64,000 nt of DNA from Nitrospirae bacterium JdFR-85. GTDB lineage: Bacteria > Nitrospirota > Thermodesulfovibrionia > Thermodesulfovibrionales > JdFR-85. Of the stretch, positions 48,609-60,746 are shown piece by piece. The notes beneath the pieces are model-generated. The model was given only the letters and a program-made list of their open reading frames with translations, was not told the DNA's origin and did no database searches. Numbering within the stretch: position 1 is the first letter of the stretch; every line of letters starts with the position of its first letter. The stretch spans positions 71,447 to 135,446 of the forward strand of contig MTOU01000009.1 of assembly GCA_002011745.1 (NCBI GenBank). Reading direction: 5' to 3'. Both the position numbers and the translations under genes were made by a program.

Positions 48609-48885
48609 CTCTTAATTTAATGGGACAAATAAATTTCAGCCTCTTACTGAGGCACTGTGAAGTTCCCCAACCAAAGGTTGGGGGCTTCCAATGTTAGGAA
48701 AATGAAAAATTTTTTAAAAATTTTGCCTTTATACCCAATTGAAAGTCAGGACTTTCGGCAAAAGGTACTATAAAAACATTATGGCCAATAGAACTTCGAA
48801 AAATAAAGGTCTAAGGAAATAGCAAAGCTTTCCAGACTCTGATCATAGAGTTTCGCTTGGAGACAAAATCTTTTCTATGTTCTCA

Positions 48886-48915
48886 ATGACATTTTGGCTC
48901 AGACTACTGTATAAT
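48886..48915 (+). promoter_or_regulatory. Sigma70-type promoter candidate for ilvC
   Basis: ATGACA (48886-48891), an 18-nt spacer, then TATAAT (48910-48915). An AAGGAGG SD lies before the ATG at 48949. Confidence 0.45.
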
Positions 48916-48918
48916 TAA

Positions 48919-49965
<1,047 letters not shown>

Positions 49966-49979
49966 GAAGGAGGGATACT

Positions 49980-50213
49980 ATGGCAAGGGTGTATATGTTT
50001 GTAAATGTTTTACCTGGGAAGGACAAAGATGTTAGAGACACCTTAAGAGGCATCAATGGAGTAGTTAATGCCGATGTCATTACAGGACAGTTTGATATTG
50101 CAGCAGTGCTCGAATCAGACAACCTTAATGATATATTCTCCAGAATTCTCAAAAAGATCAGAAAGATAAAAGGTATCACCAGGACAGAGACCTTCATAGC
50201 TGTGGAAGACTAA
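49980..50213 (+). CDS. Stand-alone Lrp/AsnC-type ligand-binding (RAM) domain protein
   Basis: 77 aa with a beta-alpha-beta-beta-alpha-beta style sequence (VNVLPGKD...ADVITGQFDIAAVLE...). It has no HTH domain. Confidence 0.6.
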   Translation: MARVYMFVNVLPGKDKDVRDTLRGINGVVNADVITGQFDIAAVLESDNLNDIFSRILKKIRKIKGITRTETFIAVED

Positions 50214-50219
50214 CTTCTA

Positions 50220-50633
50220 ATGGAAAGAAAGTATGACCCTGAGTGGTCAGATTTGCTGATAAGGATACTGCGTGACCTGAAAGAGATAAATAGACTTGTC
50301 CCAATCATTGTTGAAGGCAAAAGAGACAGGCATGCACTAAGAAGGCTTGGTTTTTCAGGAGAGATAATCCTGCTTCATACAGGCAAGGGCCTGTATGAGT
50401 TTAGTGAAGAGATTCTCAGAAGATATGATAGAGTTGTGATTCTCCTTGACTGGGATCAGAGGGGTTCACAACTCTATCAGAAATTAACTTCCCTTCTGAA
50501 GGGACATTATGAAGAGTTTGCAATTTTCAGGGATACACTGATCTCCCTCTGTTCATCTGAAATACAGACAGTTGAGGAGATACCCCGCATTCTAAATAAA
50601 ATACTTAGAGACTCTCTTGGACCTTTCTTATAG
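50220..50633 (+). CDS. Small Toprim-domain protein (RNase M5 / small primase-like)
   Basis: VEGKRDRHALRRLG (Toprim Glu) and ILLDWDQRG (DxD). Confidence 0.6.
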   Translation: MERKYDPEWSDLLIRILRDLKEINRLVPIIVEGKRDRHALRRLGFSGEIILLHTGKGLYEFSEEILRRYDRVVILLDWDQRGSQLYQKLTSLLKGHYEEFAIFRDTLISLCSSEIQTVEEIPRILNKILRDSLGPFL

Positions 50634-50697
50634 AGCTTATTAGAAGTTCTACGGAGGGTACACTGTTGAGTCTACCTGACTCATCCCTGTATATCCT

Positions 50698-50925
50698 TCA
50701 AGAAGAACCAGAAGTATCTTCTTCTTTTACAATATCTACTCCATTAATCAAAACCGTGGGAGAACCCTTGATACCAAAACTAATTGCCTCTTCGGCTGTT
50801 ATTCTTCGGAATTGGACTTCTGCGTTTACACCTGTCTCTTTCAAGGCATTATAGATATTCTTCTTCAGTTGTTCCTCAGAGACACATCCCTCAATAATAA
50901 AACACTCAATAAGCATTTCCATCAA
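50698..50925 (-). CDS. Small thioredoxin-fold protein (Thioredoxin_3-like) lacking a CxxC pair
   Basis: 75 aa. The layout ...EGCVSEE...GVNAEVQFRRI...GIKGSPTVLINGVDI resembles small redox-active disulfide proteins, but the second active-site Cys is absent. Confidence 0.4.
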   Translation of the reverse strand: MMEMLIECFIIEGCVSEEQLKKNIYNALKETGVNAEVQFRRITAEEAISFGIKGSPTVLINGVDIVKEEDTSGSS

Positions 50926-51089
50926 ATATATAGGGAATTATTAATCGGTCTCTTTTTTATTTCTGGAAGTGTAAGGGGAACACGTCCCTTTTGGAGGGGA
51001 TGCTCATGTAGGAATACCAAGCCTCGGCAGGATCACTTTCTGCAGAATGACCCAGACCACAATAAGTATAACTATTGTTAATATATCTG

Positions 51090-51485
51090 TCATTTAGAAG
51101 CCTTAGCAGTGGTCTCTTTCCGTCTTTCTTCATAATCAATGAACTCTATCACAGCCATCTCAGCCTGATCCTTCAGTCTCCTACGGGTCCTTATCACCCT
51201 TGTGTAACCGCCATTGCGATCTGCAAATCTTGGGGCTATCTCACTGAAGAGTTTCGCCACTGCTTTTCTATTCGGAAGTATTGAAAGGGCAAGCCTCTTT
51301 GCATGAAGGTCTCCTCTCTTACCGAGGGTGACCATCTTATCAGCCAATGACCTCAACTCCTTTGCCTTGGCCACTGTGGTCTCTATCCTTTCATGAATCA
51401 GAAGGCTTTCCAGTAGATTTCTGAAAAGTGCCTTCCTTTGGTTTGTGGTTCTTCCAAACCTCTTCCTCTTTTTTCTATGACGCAT
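51090..51485 (-). CDS. rplQ: 50S ribosomal protein L17
   Basis: [24 protein letters not shown]. It follows rpoA. Confidence 0.95.
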   Translation of the reverse strand: MRHRKKRKRFGRTTNQRKALFRNLLESLLIHERIETTVAKAKELRSLADKMVTLGKRGDLHAKRLALSILPNRKAVAKLFSEIAPRFADRNGGYTRVIRTRRRLKDQAEMAVIEFIDYEERRKETTAKASK

Positions 51486-52509
51486 CCCTAACCAGACCTC
51501 CCTCTTTTTTATACCTCTCTAACAATTCAGGATCGATCTTCATACCGAGAGAAAGCCCCATCTCTCTCAGTATCTCTTTGATCTCATTGAGTGATTTTTT
51601 ACCAAAGTTCTTGGTCTTCAGCATCTCATGCTCTGTCTTCTGTACAAGGTCTGCAATAGTCCTTATATTAGCGTTCTTCAGACAGTTATAAGACCTTACA
51701 GACAACTCCAGCTCATCCACCGGTCTAAGTAGATTTTTTATCATTGCCTCATCAGGAATCCCTTCTTTACCTGTATCGGTCTTCTCTGACTCACACCTGT
51801 CCACCTCAGACTCATCAAAGATAAACATATCAAAATGATCAATCAAGATACTTGCAGCCTTTGTAACAGCAACCTCAGGAGTAATACTCCCATCGGTCCA
51901 GACCTCAAGGATCAACCTGTCATAATCAGTAGCCCTACCCACTCTTGATCTCTCAACCCAGAAATTCACCTTCTTTATAGGGGTATAAATTGCATCAATT
52001 GATATCATATCAACCGGCTGGTCCTTTAATTTGTTCATCTCAGCAGGCACATACCCTCTGCCTTTACTTACATACAACTCAGCCTGAAATTCTGCATCCT
52101 TATCCACTGTTGCTATGGGCAACTCAGGAGTAAGAACTTCAAGATTAGCCTCACAATGTATATCAGCGCCTGTTACCTCCTTTGGACCTTTTACATTTAT
52201 CTTAGCCGTCTTTCTACCATCACCGTACATCTTGAATCTAATCTTTTTAAGGTTCAGGATAAGATCAACCATGTCCTCTTTTATGCCTTTAATAGTAGAG
52301 AACTCATGAAGCACCCCGGGAATTCTCACATGTGTTATTGCAGCTCCCTCTATTGAAGATAGCAAAACCCTTCTCAGGGCATTCCCCACTGTAGTGCCAA
52401 AACCCCTTTCAAGAGGTTCGGCTATCAATTTTCCATATGTTTCACTTAATGTCTCTGTATCAAAAGCTATCTTTTGGGGCATCTGAAAGCCTTTTCTCGC
52501 TAGACTCAT
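51475..52509 (-). CDS. rpoA: DNA-directed RNA polymerase subunit alpha
   Basis: 344 aa with N-terminal [11 protein letters not shown] and a C-terminal alpha-CTD ([15 protein letters not shown]). Confidence 0.95.
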   Translation of the reverse strand: MSLARKGFQMPQKIAFDTETLSETYGKLIAEPLERGFGTTVGNALRRVLLSSIEGAAITHVRIPGVLHEFSTIKGIKEDMVDLILNLKKIRFKMYGDGRKTAKINVKGPKEVTGADIHCEANLEVLTPELPIATVDKDAEFQAELYVSKGRGYVPAEMNKLKDQPVDMISIDAIYTPIKKVNFWVERSRVGRATDYDRLILEVWTDGSITPEVAVTKAASILIDHFDMFIFDESEVDRCESEKTDTGKEGIPDEAMIKNLLRPVDELELSVRSYNCLKNANIRTIADLVQKTEHEMLKTKNFGKKSLNEIKEILREMGLSLGMKIDPELLERYKKEGGLVRDAS

Positions 52510-52542
52510 ATATCCTCCTCAGATTATTTGGAGTCCTGATGA

Positions 52543-53169
52543 TTATTTTGAATACAACTCTACAATCAGATGCTCTTCTACCTCAATTGGTATCTCATGT
52601 CTCTCGGGCACCTTAAGCAACCTACCTCTGAAGTTGCCAGCATCAAGCTCAAGCCATTCAGGCACTCCTCTATGTTCAACCTTTGAAAGGTTTTCCTCAA
52701 TGAAAGGGATCTTTCTACTGTCTGGTCTAACTTCTATAACATCGCCTGGTTTAACCCTATAGGAGGGTATGTCCACCACCCTGCCATTCACCATTATATG
52801 TCCATGATTTACAAGCTGGCGTGCCTGTCTTCTATTGACGCCAAACCCGAGTCTGTAGACAATGTTATCAAGCCTCTGTTCAAGAAACTGGAGCAGTAGT
52901 TCTCCTGTAACCCCTTTCTTCCTCTGCGCTTCCTCAAAATACCTTTTAAACTGCCTCTCCAGCACCCCATATATCCTCTTAACCTTCTGTTTCTCTCTTA
53001 ACTGCAGACCATAATCACTTATCTTTGTCCTCTTTGTTCCATGTTCACCAGGGGGGTACTTACGTCTCTCAAAGGCACACTTATCAGTATAACAACGGTC
53101 TCCCTTTAGAAAGAGCTTTAAACCTTCTCTCCTGCAGAGTCTGCATAGTGGTCCTGTGTATCTCGCCAT
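52543..53169 (-). CDS. rpsD: 30S ribosomal protein S4
   Basis: [16 protein letters not shown]... with Cys-rich N-terminus and an S4 domain. Confidence 0.95.
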   Translation of the reverse strand: MARYTGPLCRLCRREGLKLFLKGDRCYTDKCAFERRKYPPGEHGTKRTKISDYGLQLREKQKVKRIYGVLERQFKRYFEEAQRKKGVTGELLLQFLEQRLDNIVYRLGFGVNRRQARQLVNHGHIMVNGRVVDIPSYRVKPGDVIEVRPDSRKIPFIEENLSKVEHRGVPEWLELDAGNFRGRLLKVPERHEIPIEVEEHLIVELYSK

Positions 53170-53555
53170 TAGACTCTCCTCCTTTTAGGTGGCCTACAGC
53201 CATTATGTGGCACAGGGGTCACATCTTTAATTATATTTATATCAAGCCCTGCAGCCTGTATTGCCCTTATAGTTGACTCCCTTCCTGCACCAGGCCCTTT
53301 TATATATACATCTATCTGTTTCATCCCCATCTCCATAGCCCTCTTTGCTGCGGTCTCTGCTGCAAGCTGAGCTGCATAAGGTGTGCCCTTCCTGGAACCC
53401 TTAAAACCCAAACTACCAGCACTCACCCATGTGAGCACATTCCCATTCCTGTCTGTAATCGTCACTATAGTGTTATTAAAAGTGGTCTGTATATGGGCAA
53501 TACCATATGGCACATTCTTTTTCTCCTTCTTCGGCCCCTTCCTTCTTCTTGCCAT
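53169..53555 (-). CDS. rpsK: 30S ribosomal protein S11
   Basis: [18 protein letters not shown] and [12 protein letters not shown]. Confidence 0.95.
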   Translation of the reverse strand: MARRRKGPKKEKKNVPYGIAHIQTTFNNTIVTITDRNGNVLTWVSAGSLGFKGSRKGTPYAAQLAAETAAKRAMEMGMKQIDVYIKGPGAGRESTIRAIQAAGLDINIIKDVTPVPHNGCRPPKRRRV

Positions 53556-53572
53556 TAGCCATTACCTCCTTT

Positions 53573-53953
53573 CTACTTCTTACCCGCCTTCTTCTTTCCA
53601 GCAACCGTCTTTCTTGGTCCTTTCCTTGTCCTTGCATTACTTCTGGTACGCTGCCCTCTCACAGGAAGCCCCATTCTATGCCTCAGTCCTCTATAACAGC
53701 CAATATCAATCAATCTCTTTATATTCATTGATATCTCTTTTCTTAACTCACCTTCAACCTTGTAATCCCTTTCAATCACACTCCTTATCTTCACTATCTC
53801 CTCGTCTTTTAAGTCCTTCACCCTTGTATTAGGATCTACTCCTGTCTCTTCAAGGATCTTCTTTGAGAGAGACCTACCTATCCCAAATATCCTTGTAAGG
53901 CCTATCTCCACTCGCTCATTCTTTGGTAAGTCAACTCCGGCTATTCTTGCCAT
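53573..53953 (-). CDS. rpsM: 30S ribosomal protein S13
   Basis: [10 protein letters not shown]...GIGRS...[21 protein letters not shown]. Confidence 0.95.
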   Translation of the reverse strand: MARIAGVDLPKNERVEIGLTRIFGIGRSLSKKILEETGVDPNTRVKDLKDEEIVKIRSVIERDYKVEGELRKEISMNIKRLIDIGCYRGLRHRMGLPVRGQRTRSNARTRKGPRKTVAGKKKAGKK

Positions 53954-53962
53954 ACCTCCTCC

Positions 53963-54076
53963 TTAACCCTGACGCTGCTTATGCTTCGGATTCTCACAGA
54001 TTACCCTTACTACACCTTTTCTCTTTATAACCTTACACTTCGCACAAATCGGCTTCACTGAGGATCTTACCTTCAT
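53963..54076 (-). CDS. rpmJ: 50S ribosomal protein L36 (absent from the ORF track)
   Basis: Hand translation of the minus strand gives [37 protein letters not shown] (37 aa). It lies between infA and rpsM as expected. Confidence 0.9.
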   Translation of the reverse strand: MKVRSSVKPICAKCKVIKRKGVVRVICENPKHKQRQG

Positions 54077-54090
54077 TGTATACCTCCAGA

Positions 54091-54309
54091 TTACTTATAC
54101 CTATAAGTTATCCTTCCCTTCGTGAGATCATAGGGTGACATCTCTACCAGAACCCTATCACCTGGAAGAATCCTTATAAAGTGCATCCTCATCTTTCCTG
54201 ATACATAAGCGATTATCTCCTGCCCACTGTCAAGCTTCACTCTAAACATCGCATTGGGCAGTGCCTCAGTAATCGTACCTTCAACTTCTATGACATCTTC
54301 TTTAGACAT
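54091..54309 (-). CDS. infA: Translation initiation factor IF-1
   Basis: 72 aa with [25 protein letters not shown]. Confidence 0.95.
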   Translation of the reverse strand: MSKEDVIEVEGTITEALPNAMFRVKLDSGQEIIAYVSGKMRMHFIRILPGDRVLVEMSPYDLTKGRITYRYK

Positions 54310-54334
54310 AGAACTTTAAATTATAATCCTTTTT

Positions 54335-55084
54335 TCACCAATTAGTCAATATTTCTGGTCCACTCTTTTTAATCAAAATCGTATGTTCAAAATGGGCAGA
54401 CAGCTTGCCATCTTTTGTCTTTGCTGTCCAACCGTCCTCCATGATAGAGACATCATGGGTACCCTCATTAACCATGGGTTCTATCGCAAGGGTCATCCCT
54501 TCCCTTAGTTTTACTCCTCTGCCAGGAAGACCAAAGTTTGGCACCTGAGGTTCTTCATGCAGCCTTCTGCCCACCCCGTGGCCAACAAACTTTCTCACTA
54601 CTGAGTAACCCTTTGACTCTACATAACTCTGGATCGCATGTGAGATATCTCCCACCCTATTTGAAGGTACAGCCCTGGCAATTCCTTCAAAAAGTGCCTC
54701 TCTTGTAACACTCAAGAGTCTTTCAGCAGCCTCAGAAATCTCGCCCACAGGCAGGGTTATTGCAGCATCACTTATATATCCTTTATAAATCACGCCGAGG
54801 TCTATACTGACTATATCACCCTCTTTCAAGACCACCTCTTCTGAGGGTATCCCATGGACCACCTCATCATTAACCGATGTACATATGCTGGCAGGAAACC
54901 CTTTATATCCCTTAAATGCAGGTTTCCCCCCTCTCATTCTTATTACATCTTCTGCAATCTCTTCAAGAGCCTTCGTAGTAATACCTGGAGCAACTGCCTT
55001 TTTAATAGCCTGAAGCGCCTCAGACACAATCTCCGAGGCAATAATCATCCTTTTTATCTCATCTTTCTTCTTTATACTTATCAA
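54335..55084 (-). CDS. map: Type I methionine aminopeptidase
   Basis: VVHGIPS, DLGV..GY.SD, HGVG and FEHT metal-ligand motifs. Confidence 0.95.
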   Translation of the reverse strand: MISIKKKDEIKRMIIASEIVSEALQAIKKAVAPGITTKALEEIAEDVIRMRGGKPAFKGYKGFPASICTSVNDEVVHGIPSEEVVLKEGDIVSIDLGVIYKGYISDAAITLPVGEISEAAERLLSVTREALFEGIARAVPSNRVGDISHAIQSYVESKGYSVVRKFVGHGVGRRLHEEPQVPNFGLPGRGVKLREGMTLAIEPMVNEGTHDVSIMEDGWTAKTKDGKLSAHFEHTILIKKSGPEILTNW

Positions 55085-55106
55085 CTATTCCCCTACCAAG
55101 CCCCCT

Positions 55107-56414
55107 TTAACCTCTACGGCCTCTTACCCTCCCCCTTCTCAGGAAGCCTTCATAAGAGCGTGTCAAAAGATGTGATTCTATCTGTGATACTGTATCAAGG
55201 GCGACTCCAACCACTATAAGCAGAGATGTCCCTCCAAAATAAAAAGGGACATTAAACTCTTTAATCAAAAATGTAGGCAACACACATACAATGGATAAAT
55301 AAATGGCACCTACAAAGGTGAGTCTTGAGAGCACCCTGTACAGGTATTCAGCCGTCTTCTGACCAGGTCTTATGCCAGGAATATATCCTCCATACTTCTT
55401 TAAGTTGTCTGCCACATCCACAGGATTAAATATAATTGCTGTATAGAAATAACTGAAAAAGATTATTAATCCCACATAGAGAATTGTGTATAAGGGAGAA
55501 CCAAAAGAGAGCTGTCTTGCCACACCCTGTACCCAAGGTATAGAGATAAACCCTGCTACTGTTGCTGGGAACATGATAATAGAAGATGCAAATATTGGAG
55601 GTATAACACCAGAGGTGTTTATCTTAAGGGGCAGATGGGTGGACTGGCCACCATAGATTCTTCTGCCCACAACCCTCTTTGCATACTGTACTGGTATCTT
55701 TCTCTGTCCCTTCTCAACGTAAATAATGCCACCAACAACAAGAATCATAAGGGCTACAAGCACAATAAGAAAGATAATTGAGAGTTCTCCTGCTTTTATC
55801 AGCCTTACAGTACTTATTACTGCATTGGGAAGCCTTGCCACGATACCCGCAAAGATTATAAGGGATATTCCATTACCAATGCCTCTTTCTGTTATCTGCT
55901 CACCAAGCCACATAATAAAGGCAGTCCCTGCAGTCAGGGTTATCATCGTCATAAATCTAAAACCCCATCCCGGGTTCTGTATAAATGCACCCTGTGCCAT
56001 GCTCTCCAGTCCAACGGCAATACCAAAAGACTGCACTGCACTGATGAGCACAGTCCCATATCTCGTATATCTGACGATCTTCTTTCTCCCTTCCTCACCT
56101 TCTTTTGCCAGTCTTCCCAGCGCAGGAATAACCACTGTCAGCAACTGCAGTATTATTGAGGCACTTATGTAGGGCATAATGCCTAAAGCGAATATGGTAA
56201 CCCTTGAAAGAGCACCCCCAGAGAATATATCAAAGAATCCCATAAGTGCCCCACCACGTTCTGTCAGAAACTTACTCAGCTCTTCGCCGTTTATACCAGG
56301 GGTGGGGATATGACATCCTATCCTGTAGACAGCAAGCAGGGCGAGGGTATAAAAAATCCTGTTTTTCAGTTCCTCAATCTTAAAGATATTCTGAAATGAT
56401 GAAAGGGCTCCCAA
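55107..56414 (-). CDS. secY: Protein translocase subunit SecY
   Basis: 435 aa, 10 TM segments, TTG start 2 nt after the rplO stop, with AGAGGTGAT upstream. Confidence 0.95.
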   Translation of the reverse strand: MGALSSFQNIFKIEELKNRIFYTLALLAVYRIGCHIPTPGINGEELSKFLTERGGALMGFFDIFSGGALSRVTIFALGIMPYISASIILQLLTVVIPALGRLAKEGEEGRKKIVRYTRYGTVLISAVQSFGIAVGLESMAQGAFIQNPGWGFRFMTMITLTAGTAFIMWLGEQITERGIGNGISLIIFAGIVARLPNAVISTVRLIKAGELSIIFLIVLVALMILVVGGIIYVEKGQRKIPVQYAKRVVGRRIYGGQSTHLPLKINTSGVIPPIFASSIIMFPATVAGFISIPWVQGVARQLSFGSPLYTILYVGLIIFFSYFYTAIIFNPVDVADNLKKYGGYIPGIRPGQKTAEYLYRVLSRLTFVGAIYLSIVCVLPTFLIKEFNVPFYFGGTSLLIVVGVALDTVSQIESHLLTRSYEGFLRRGRVRGRRG

Positions 56415-56415
56415 C

Positions 56416-56871
56416 TTAAATCACCTCTGCTTTTCCACCTGCCTCGGTGATCTTCTGCAGGGCGGACTTACTAAAGGCATGTGCCTTTATGGTTACAGCC
56501 CTGTTCAGTTGTCCATCACCCAATATTTTAACCCCATCCTTAGCTATCTTACTTATCAATCTCCTCTGAAGAAGCAACTCTGGAGTAATGGTATCCTCAT
56601 CTTCTATGGTAGCAATCTTTTTCAGATTTACAATAGTGTACTCCTTCGCAAAGAGCTTATTGTTGAATCCCCTCTTCGGAATCCTTCTATGCAGAGGCAT
56701 CTGTCCTCCTTCAAATCCTGGAGGCAGATTCACACTTGACCTCGCCTTCTGACCCTTATGTCCTCTGCAGGAGGTCTTTCCATGACCAGAACCTGGACCT
56801 CGGCCTACCCTCTTTTTCCTCTTTTTGCTGCCTGCTGCAGGCTTCAGCTCTTCTATTCTCACCTTATCCAC
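56416..56871 (-). CDS. rplO: 50S ribosomal protein L15
   Basis: [22 protein letters not shown]. Confidence 0.95.
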   Translation of the reverse strand: MDKVRIEELKPAAGSKKRKKRVGRGPGSGHGKTSCRGHKGQKARSSVNLPPGFEGGQMPLHRRIPKRGFNNKLFAKEYTIVNLKKIATIEDEDTITPELLLQRRLISKIAKDGVKILGDGQLNRAVTIKAHAFSKSALQKITEAGGKAEVI

Positions 56872-57055
56872 CTCCTTGCTCCTCTACCTTCTGCACCTCT
56901 ACCATATGTGATACCTTCTGGAGCATACCTCTTACTGAGGGCTCATCAGGCTTCAGAACAGTATGCCCAATCTTACGAAGCCCAAGGGCCCTCAGGACCC
57001 TCTTTATCTTTTCAGGCTTCCCTATATAACTCCTCTTCAGTGTTATCTTTAGCAT
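56864..57055 (-). CDS. rpmD: 50S ribosomal protein L30
   Basis: [26 protein letters not shown]. Confidence 0.9.
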   Translation of the reverse strand: MLKITLKRSYIGKPEKIKRVLRALGLRKIGHTVLKPDEPSVRGMLQKVSHMVEVQKVEEQGGG

Positions 57056-57075
57056 AAGTTCTTTGTCTCCTTAAA

Positions 57076-57585
57076 CTACTCAGTTTTTTCAGGAGCAGCC
57101 GGTTGCTTACCTCTCAGCTTTATAACAACCTCTGGATCCTTCAGTTTCATTAAACCATCTATTGTTGCTTTTGCCTCATTGAAAGGGTTATGACTCCTCA
57201 AAGACTTTGCCACAATATTCTTTACTCCAGCCACCTCAAGCACTGGTCTTACAGCACCTCCTGCTATAACACCTGTACCCTTTGGAGCAGGCTTCAGGAG
57301 AACCCTGCCAGCACAGAACTCACCTATTATCTCATGTGGAATAGTTCCATCCTTCAGGGGAAACTTTATAAGAGACTTTTTGGCATGTTCAATCGCCTTC
57401 CTTATGGCATCCACAACCTCTGCCGCCTTACCTTTGCCAACACCAACTATGCCTTCTCCGTTTCCGACTGTAACCAGTGCTGTAAAGGAGAACCTTCTGC
57501 CTCCTTTTACAACCTTTGATACCCTATTAATAAATATCACCTTCTCCTGTAGTTGAAGTTCCGATGGATCAATCCTCTGCACCAT
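57076..57585 (-). CDS. rpsE: 30S ribosomal protein S5
   Basis: [27 protein letters not shown]. Confidence 0.95.
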   Translation of the reverse strand: MVQRIDPSELQLQEKVIFINRVSKVVKGGRRFSFTALVTVGNGEGIVGVGKGKAAEVVDAIRKAIEHAKKSLIKFPLKDGTIPHEIIGEFCAGRVLLKPAPKGTGVIAGGAVRPVLEVAGVKNIVAKSLRSHNPFNEAKATIDGLMKLKDPEVVIKLRGKQPAAPEKTE

Positions 57586-57603
57586 ACCTCCTACTAAGTA
57601 TTA

Positions 57604-57966
57604 TTAAAATTCAAGGCCTGCCTCTCTTGCAGCATCTGCAAGGGCCTTAACCCTTCCATGGTATTTAAAGCCTCCCCTGTCAAACACCACCTTTCTTATC
57701 CCCTTCTGTATAGCCCTCTTGGCTATCAACTCTCCCACAAGCTTTGCTGCCTCCACATTACCACCATGAGAGTACTTTCCTCTAAGTTCTTTATCAAGGG
57801 TTGATGCTGCTACAAGTGTATGCCCTTTTATATCATCAATTATCTGGGCATACATATGATTAAGGGAACCATAAACCGAAAGTCTCGGTCTTTCGGGTGT
57901 CCCAAAAACCTTCTTCCTGACCCTTCTGTGTCTCCTCTCTCTCGCCTCTCTCTTTGTTCTCTTCAA
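57604..57966 (-). CDS. rplR: 50S ribosomal protein L18
   Basis: [20 protein letters not shown]...[26 protein letters not shown]. Confidence 0.95.
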   Translation of the reverse strand: MKRTKREARERRHRRVRKKVFGTPERPRLSVYGSLNHMYAQIIDDIKGHTLVAASTLDKELRGKYSHGGNVEAAKLVGELIAKRAIQKGIRKVVFDRGGFKYHGRVKALADAAREAGLEF

Positions 57967-57987
57967 CTCTATCCAACCTCCAGAAAA

Positions 57988-58533
57988 TTACTTTGCTGTC
58001 TTACCAGGTTTAAGTTTCAGTTGCTCACCCGCATATCTTATACCCTTGCCCTTGTAAGCATCTGGTGGCCTCAATGCTCTCAGGTTTGCAGCCACCTGTC
58101 CTACTAACTGCTTATCAATCCCATATATGGTCAACTTTATAGGCCTTGCCTTATGGTCAACCTCTGCTTTTATACCCTCAGGCAACTCATACTCCACAGG
58201 ATGGGAATAACCGAGATTAAAGATCAATTTATTACCTTTAAGGTCAACTCTATATCCTACACCCACTATCTCAAGCTCCTTCTTGAACCCCTCACTCACT
58301 CCCTTTACCATATTTGCTATAAGACTACGGGTCAGTCCATGCAATGCCTTCTTCTGCCTTGTATCATCCGGTCTATGTACAGTTATCTTACCATCACTCA
58401 TCTGTACACTCATGGATGGAGGAAAATCCCAGCGAAGTTCTCCCTTTGGACCTTTAACCATAATGGTATTGCCCTGGATCTTAACCTCCACACCCTTTGG
58501 TATATCTATCGGTTTCTCTCCCACTCTCGACAT
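57988..58533 (-). CDS. rplF: 50S ribosomal protein L6
   Basis: The start moves to ATG 58533 (AAGAGGTGA SD, which contains the ORF-track GTG). This gives MSRVGEKPIDIPKGV, the canonical L6 N-terminus. Confidence 0.95.
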   Translation of the reverse strand: MSRVGEKPIDIPKGVEVKIQGNTIMVKGPKGELRWDFPPSMSVQMSDGKITVHRPDDTRQKKALHGLTRSLIANMVKGVSEGFKKELEIVGVGYRVDLKGNKLIFNLGYSHPVEYELPEGIKAEVDHKARPIKLTIYGIDKQLVGQVAANLRALRPPDAYKGKGIRYAGEQLKLKPGKTAK

Positions 58534-58552
58534 CTCTATCACCTCTTAACAC

Positions 58553-58945
58553 TTACCATATATAACATAAAAGTTCTCCACCAACCTTCTGCTGCCTACA
58601 CACCCTATCACTCAATATCCCCTTTGGAGTAGAAAGGATGGCAATCCCTACTCCTCCCATTACCCTGGGGATGTTTCTGTACCCCACATATACCCTTCTG
58701 CCGGGCTTGCTCACCTTCTGGAGCCCTGAGATCACCGATTCTCCATCAACATACTTGAGTGATATTCTCAGAATACCCTGTCTTCTATCCTTAATAATCT
58801 TGTATGCTCTTATAAAACCTTCTTCTTTAAGAATCTTTGCTATCTCTAACTTCATCTTTGAAGCAGGGATATCAACCTTTTCTGCCTTAACCATTATTGC
58901 ATTCCTGATTCTGGTCAACATATCTGCAATTGGATCTGTAAGCAT
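58553..58945 (-). CDS. rpsH: 30S ribosomal protein S8
   Basis: [16 protein letters not shown]. Confidence 0.95.
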   Translation of the reverse strand: MLTDPIADMLTRIRNAIMVKAEKVDIPASKMKLEIAKILKEEGFIRAYKIIKDRRQGILRISLKYVDGESVISGLQKVSKPGRRVYVGYRNIPRVMGGVGIAILSTPKGILSDRVCRQQKVGGELLCYIW

Positions 58946-58956
58946 ACTCCTCTCTC

Positions 58957-59142
58957 CTACCAGCTTGATTTTCTCACACCAGGGATCATTCCCTGATGGG
59001 CCAATGTTCTGAAACAGATTCTACACATCTGAAACTTCCTCATATATGCCCTCGGCCTTCCACAGATACGACATCTGTTATAGGCCCTCACCTTGAACTT
59101 TGGTGGACGCTTATGTTTCTCTATCAAACACTTCTTAGCCAT
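58957..59142 (-). CDS. rpsN: 30S ribosomal protein S14, short zinc-binding type (type Z)
   Basis: 61 aa with the CxxC...CxxC pattern (CRICGRP...CRICFR). Confidence 0.95.
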   Translation of the reverse strand: MAKKCLIEKHKRPPKFKVRAYNRCRICGRPRAYMRKFQMCRICFRTLAHQGMIPGVRKSSW

Positions 59143-59157
59143 AGCCTCTCCCTAAAT

Positions 59158-59715
59158 TTAGTTCCTAAAAGGCATACCAAGATACTTAAGCAATGCCTTA
59201 CCTTCCTCATCTGTCTCTGCTGTGGTACAGATGGTTATATCAAAACCGTGAACCATCTCAACCTTGTCATAATCGATCTCAGGGAATATATACTGCTCCT
59301 TTATCCCCATTGAATAGTTTCCCCTGCCATCAAAACTCTTAGAAGACAGTCCCCTGAAGTCCCTTATCCTTGGTATCGCTATGCTTATCAGTTTATCAAG
59401 AAAGTCATACATTCTATCTCCTCTGAGGGTCACCTTACAGCCTATGGGCATACCCTTTCTCAGCTTAAACCCTGCAATGGATTTTTTGGCCTTTGTAATC
59501 ACAGCCTTCTGGCCAGCTATGAGACTCAGCTCCTGAACTGCTGCATCAAGGAGCTTAATATTACTGATCGCCTCTCCCATTGCACAGTTCAGCACTATCT
59601 TCTCAAGCCTTGGTACCTGCATGATATTTTTATATGAAAACTCCTTCATTAACTGGGGCACCACTTCCTTAAAATACTTTTCTTTCAGCCTCGGAACGTA
59701 TTTCTTCTCACCCAT
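59158..59715 (-). CDS. rplE: 50S ribosomal protein L5
   Basis: 185 aa, with family-typical sequence throughout and the expected position between rplX and rpsN. Confidence 0.95.
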   Translation of the reverse strand: MGEKKYVPRLKEKYFKEVVPQLMKEFSYKNIMQVPRLEKIVLNCAMGEAISNIKLLDAAVQELSLIAGQKAVITKAKKSIAGFKLRKGMPIGCKVTLRGDRMYDFLDKLISIAIPRIRDFRGLSSKSFDGRGNYSMGIKEQYIFPEIDYDKVEMVHGFDITICTTAETDEEGKALLKYLGMPFRN

Positions 59716-60035
59716 TACTGATCCACTACCTCCTTACACTTCTTACATACTCTGACCTTTCTACCATCATCCAGTATCCTGTTTCCAATTCTTGTGGGTT
59801 TGTCACATCTGGGACATACCAACATCACATTGGATATATGTATTGGACCTTCCATCTCTATAATTCCACCCTGTCCATACTTTGGTGAAGGCCTTGCATG
59901 TTTCTTTATAATATTTACTCTCTCAACCACAACCCTGTTCTTCTTGGGTATCACCTGAAGTACACGCCCCTGTTTGCCCTTGTCCTTGCCCGCAAGGACA
60001 ATCACCCTGTCGTTCTTCTTTATCCTCAGACCCAC
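59715..60035 (-). CDS. rplX: 50S ribosomal protein L24 (with a C-terminal CxxC...CxxC)
   Basis: The start moves to GTG 60035, with GGAGGTG 5 nt upstream and overlapping the rplN TAG (TAGTG). This gives (M)[22 protein letters not shown]. The listed 146-aa ORF is an artefactual 5' extension through rplN. Confidence 0.9.
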   Translation of the reverse strand: MGLRIKKNDRVIVLAGKDKGKQGRVLQVIPKKNRVVVERVNIIKKHARPSPKYGQGGIIEMEGPIHISNVMLVCPRCDKPTRIGNRILDDGRKVRVCKKCKEVVDQ

Positions 60036-60403
60036 TACAGCACCTCCGGAGCCAGTGAAATTATCTTTGTAAATTCTTTCCACCTCAGTTCCCTCGCCAC
60101 AGGACCAAACACCCTTGTGCCTATAGGCTCTCCCTGAGCATTTATCAAAACACATGCATTCTGGTCAAACCTTATGTATGTTCCATCTGGTCTGCGGGTC
60201 TCTTTCTTTGTTCTCACAACAACTGCTCTCACCTTCGTGCCCTTTTTCACTGTACCGTCAGGGGTGGCCTCCTTCACACTGGCAACTATTATGTCACCAA
60301 CCCCTGCATACCGGCGATTCGAACCACCAAGGACCCTTATACACATCACCTTCTTTGCTCCTGAATTATCAGCCACATCAAGCATTGTATGTACCTGTAT
60401 CAT
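60035..60403 (-). CDS. rplN: 50S ribosomal protein L14
   Basis: [28 protein letters not shown]. Confidence 0.95.
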   Translation of the reverse strand: MIQVHTMLDVADNSGAKKVMCIRVLGGSNRRYAGVGDIIVASVKEATPDGTVKKGTKVRAVVVRTKKETRRPDGTYIRFDQNACVLINAQGEPIGTRVFGPVARELRWKEFTKIISLAPEVL

Positions 60404-60426
60404 CTTCTATCACTCCCCAATTCTGT

Positions 60427-60744
60427 CTATTCAGTCTTCTCCGTTTCTGTAGATGTATCTATATCTATGGGAATATCATCCTTCACCTCAATACGAGGAG
60501 CTCCTTTTCTGCCTATCTTCTCAAGGACCACCCATCTTTTGGTCTTACTTAAGGGTCTTGATTCAATAATCTTTACAATATCCCCTACCTTACAACTGTT
60601 GTCCTCATCGTGGGCCTTGAGCTTTGTGGTCCTCTTTATATATTTTTTATATCTCGGATGCATCACTATCCTGGTTACTGCCACTGTAACAGTCTTGTCC
60701 ATCTTATCACTTATTACCTCTCCTACAAATACCTTTTTGGGCAT
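60427..60744 (-). CDS. rpsQ: 30S ribosomal protein S17 (with an acidic C-terminal extension)
   Basis: [16 protein letters not shown]...HPRYKKY...KAHDE...[14 protein letters not shown], plus about 20 extra acidic residues. Confidence 0.9.
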   Translation of the reverse strand: MPKKVFVGEVISDKMDKTVTVAVTRIVMHPRYKKYIKRTTKLKAHDEDNSCKVGDIVKIIESRPLSKTKRWVVLEKIGRKGAPRIEVKDDIPIDIDTSTETEKTE

Positions 60745-60746
60745 AT

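Noticed and set aside
48660-48690. GTTCCCCAACCAAAGGTTGGGGGCTTCC, considered as a CRISPR repeat
   Set aside because: There is only one copy in the window, with no spacer-repeat periodicity and no cas genes nearby.
50926-51089. A possible terminator or small gene between rplQ and the thioredoxin-like gene (ORF 50957..51139)
   Set aside because: The 60-aa ORF overlaps the rplQ 3' end and has no SD. Only weak 4-bp pairings are visible, so I could not define a convincing hairpin plus U-tract by eye.
60036-60155. The 5' extension of the rplX ORF in the ORF track (146 aa)
   Set aside because: It overlaps the rplN coding region in another frame. Canonical L24 begins at the GTG at 60035, which has a GGAGGTG SD.
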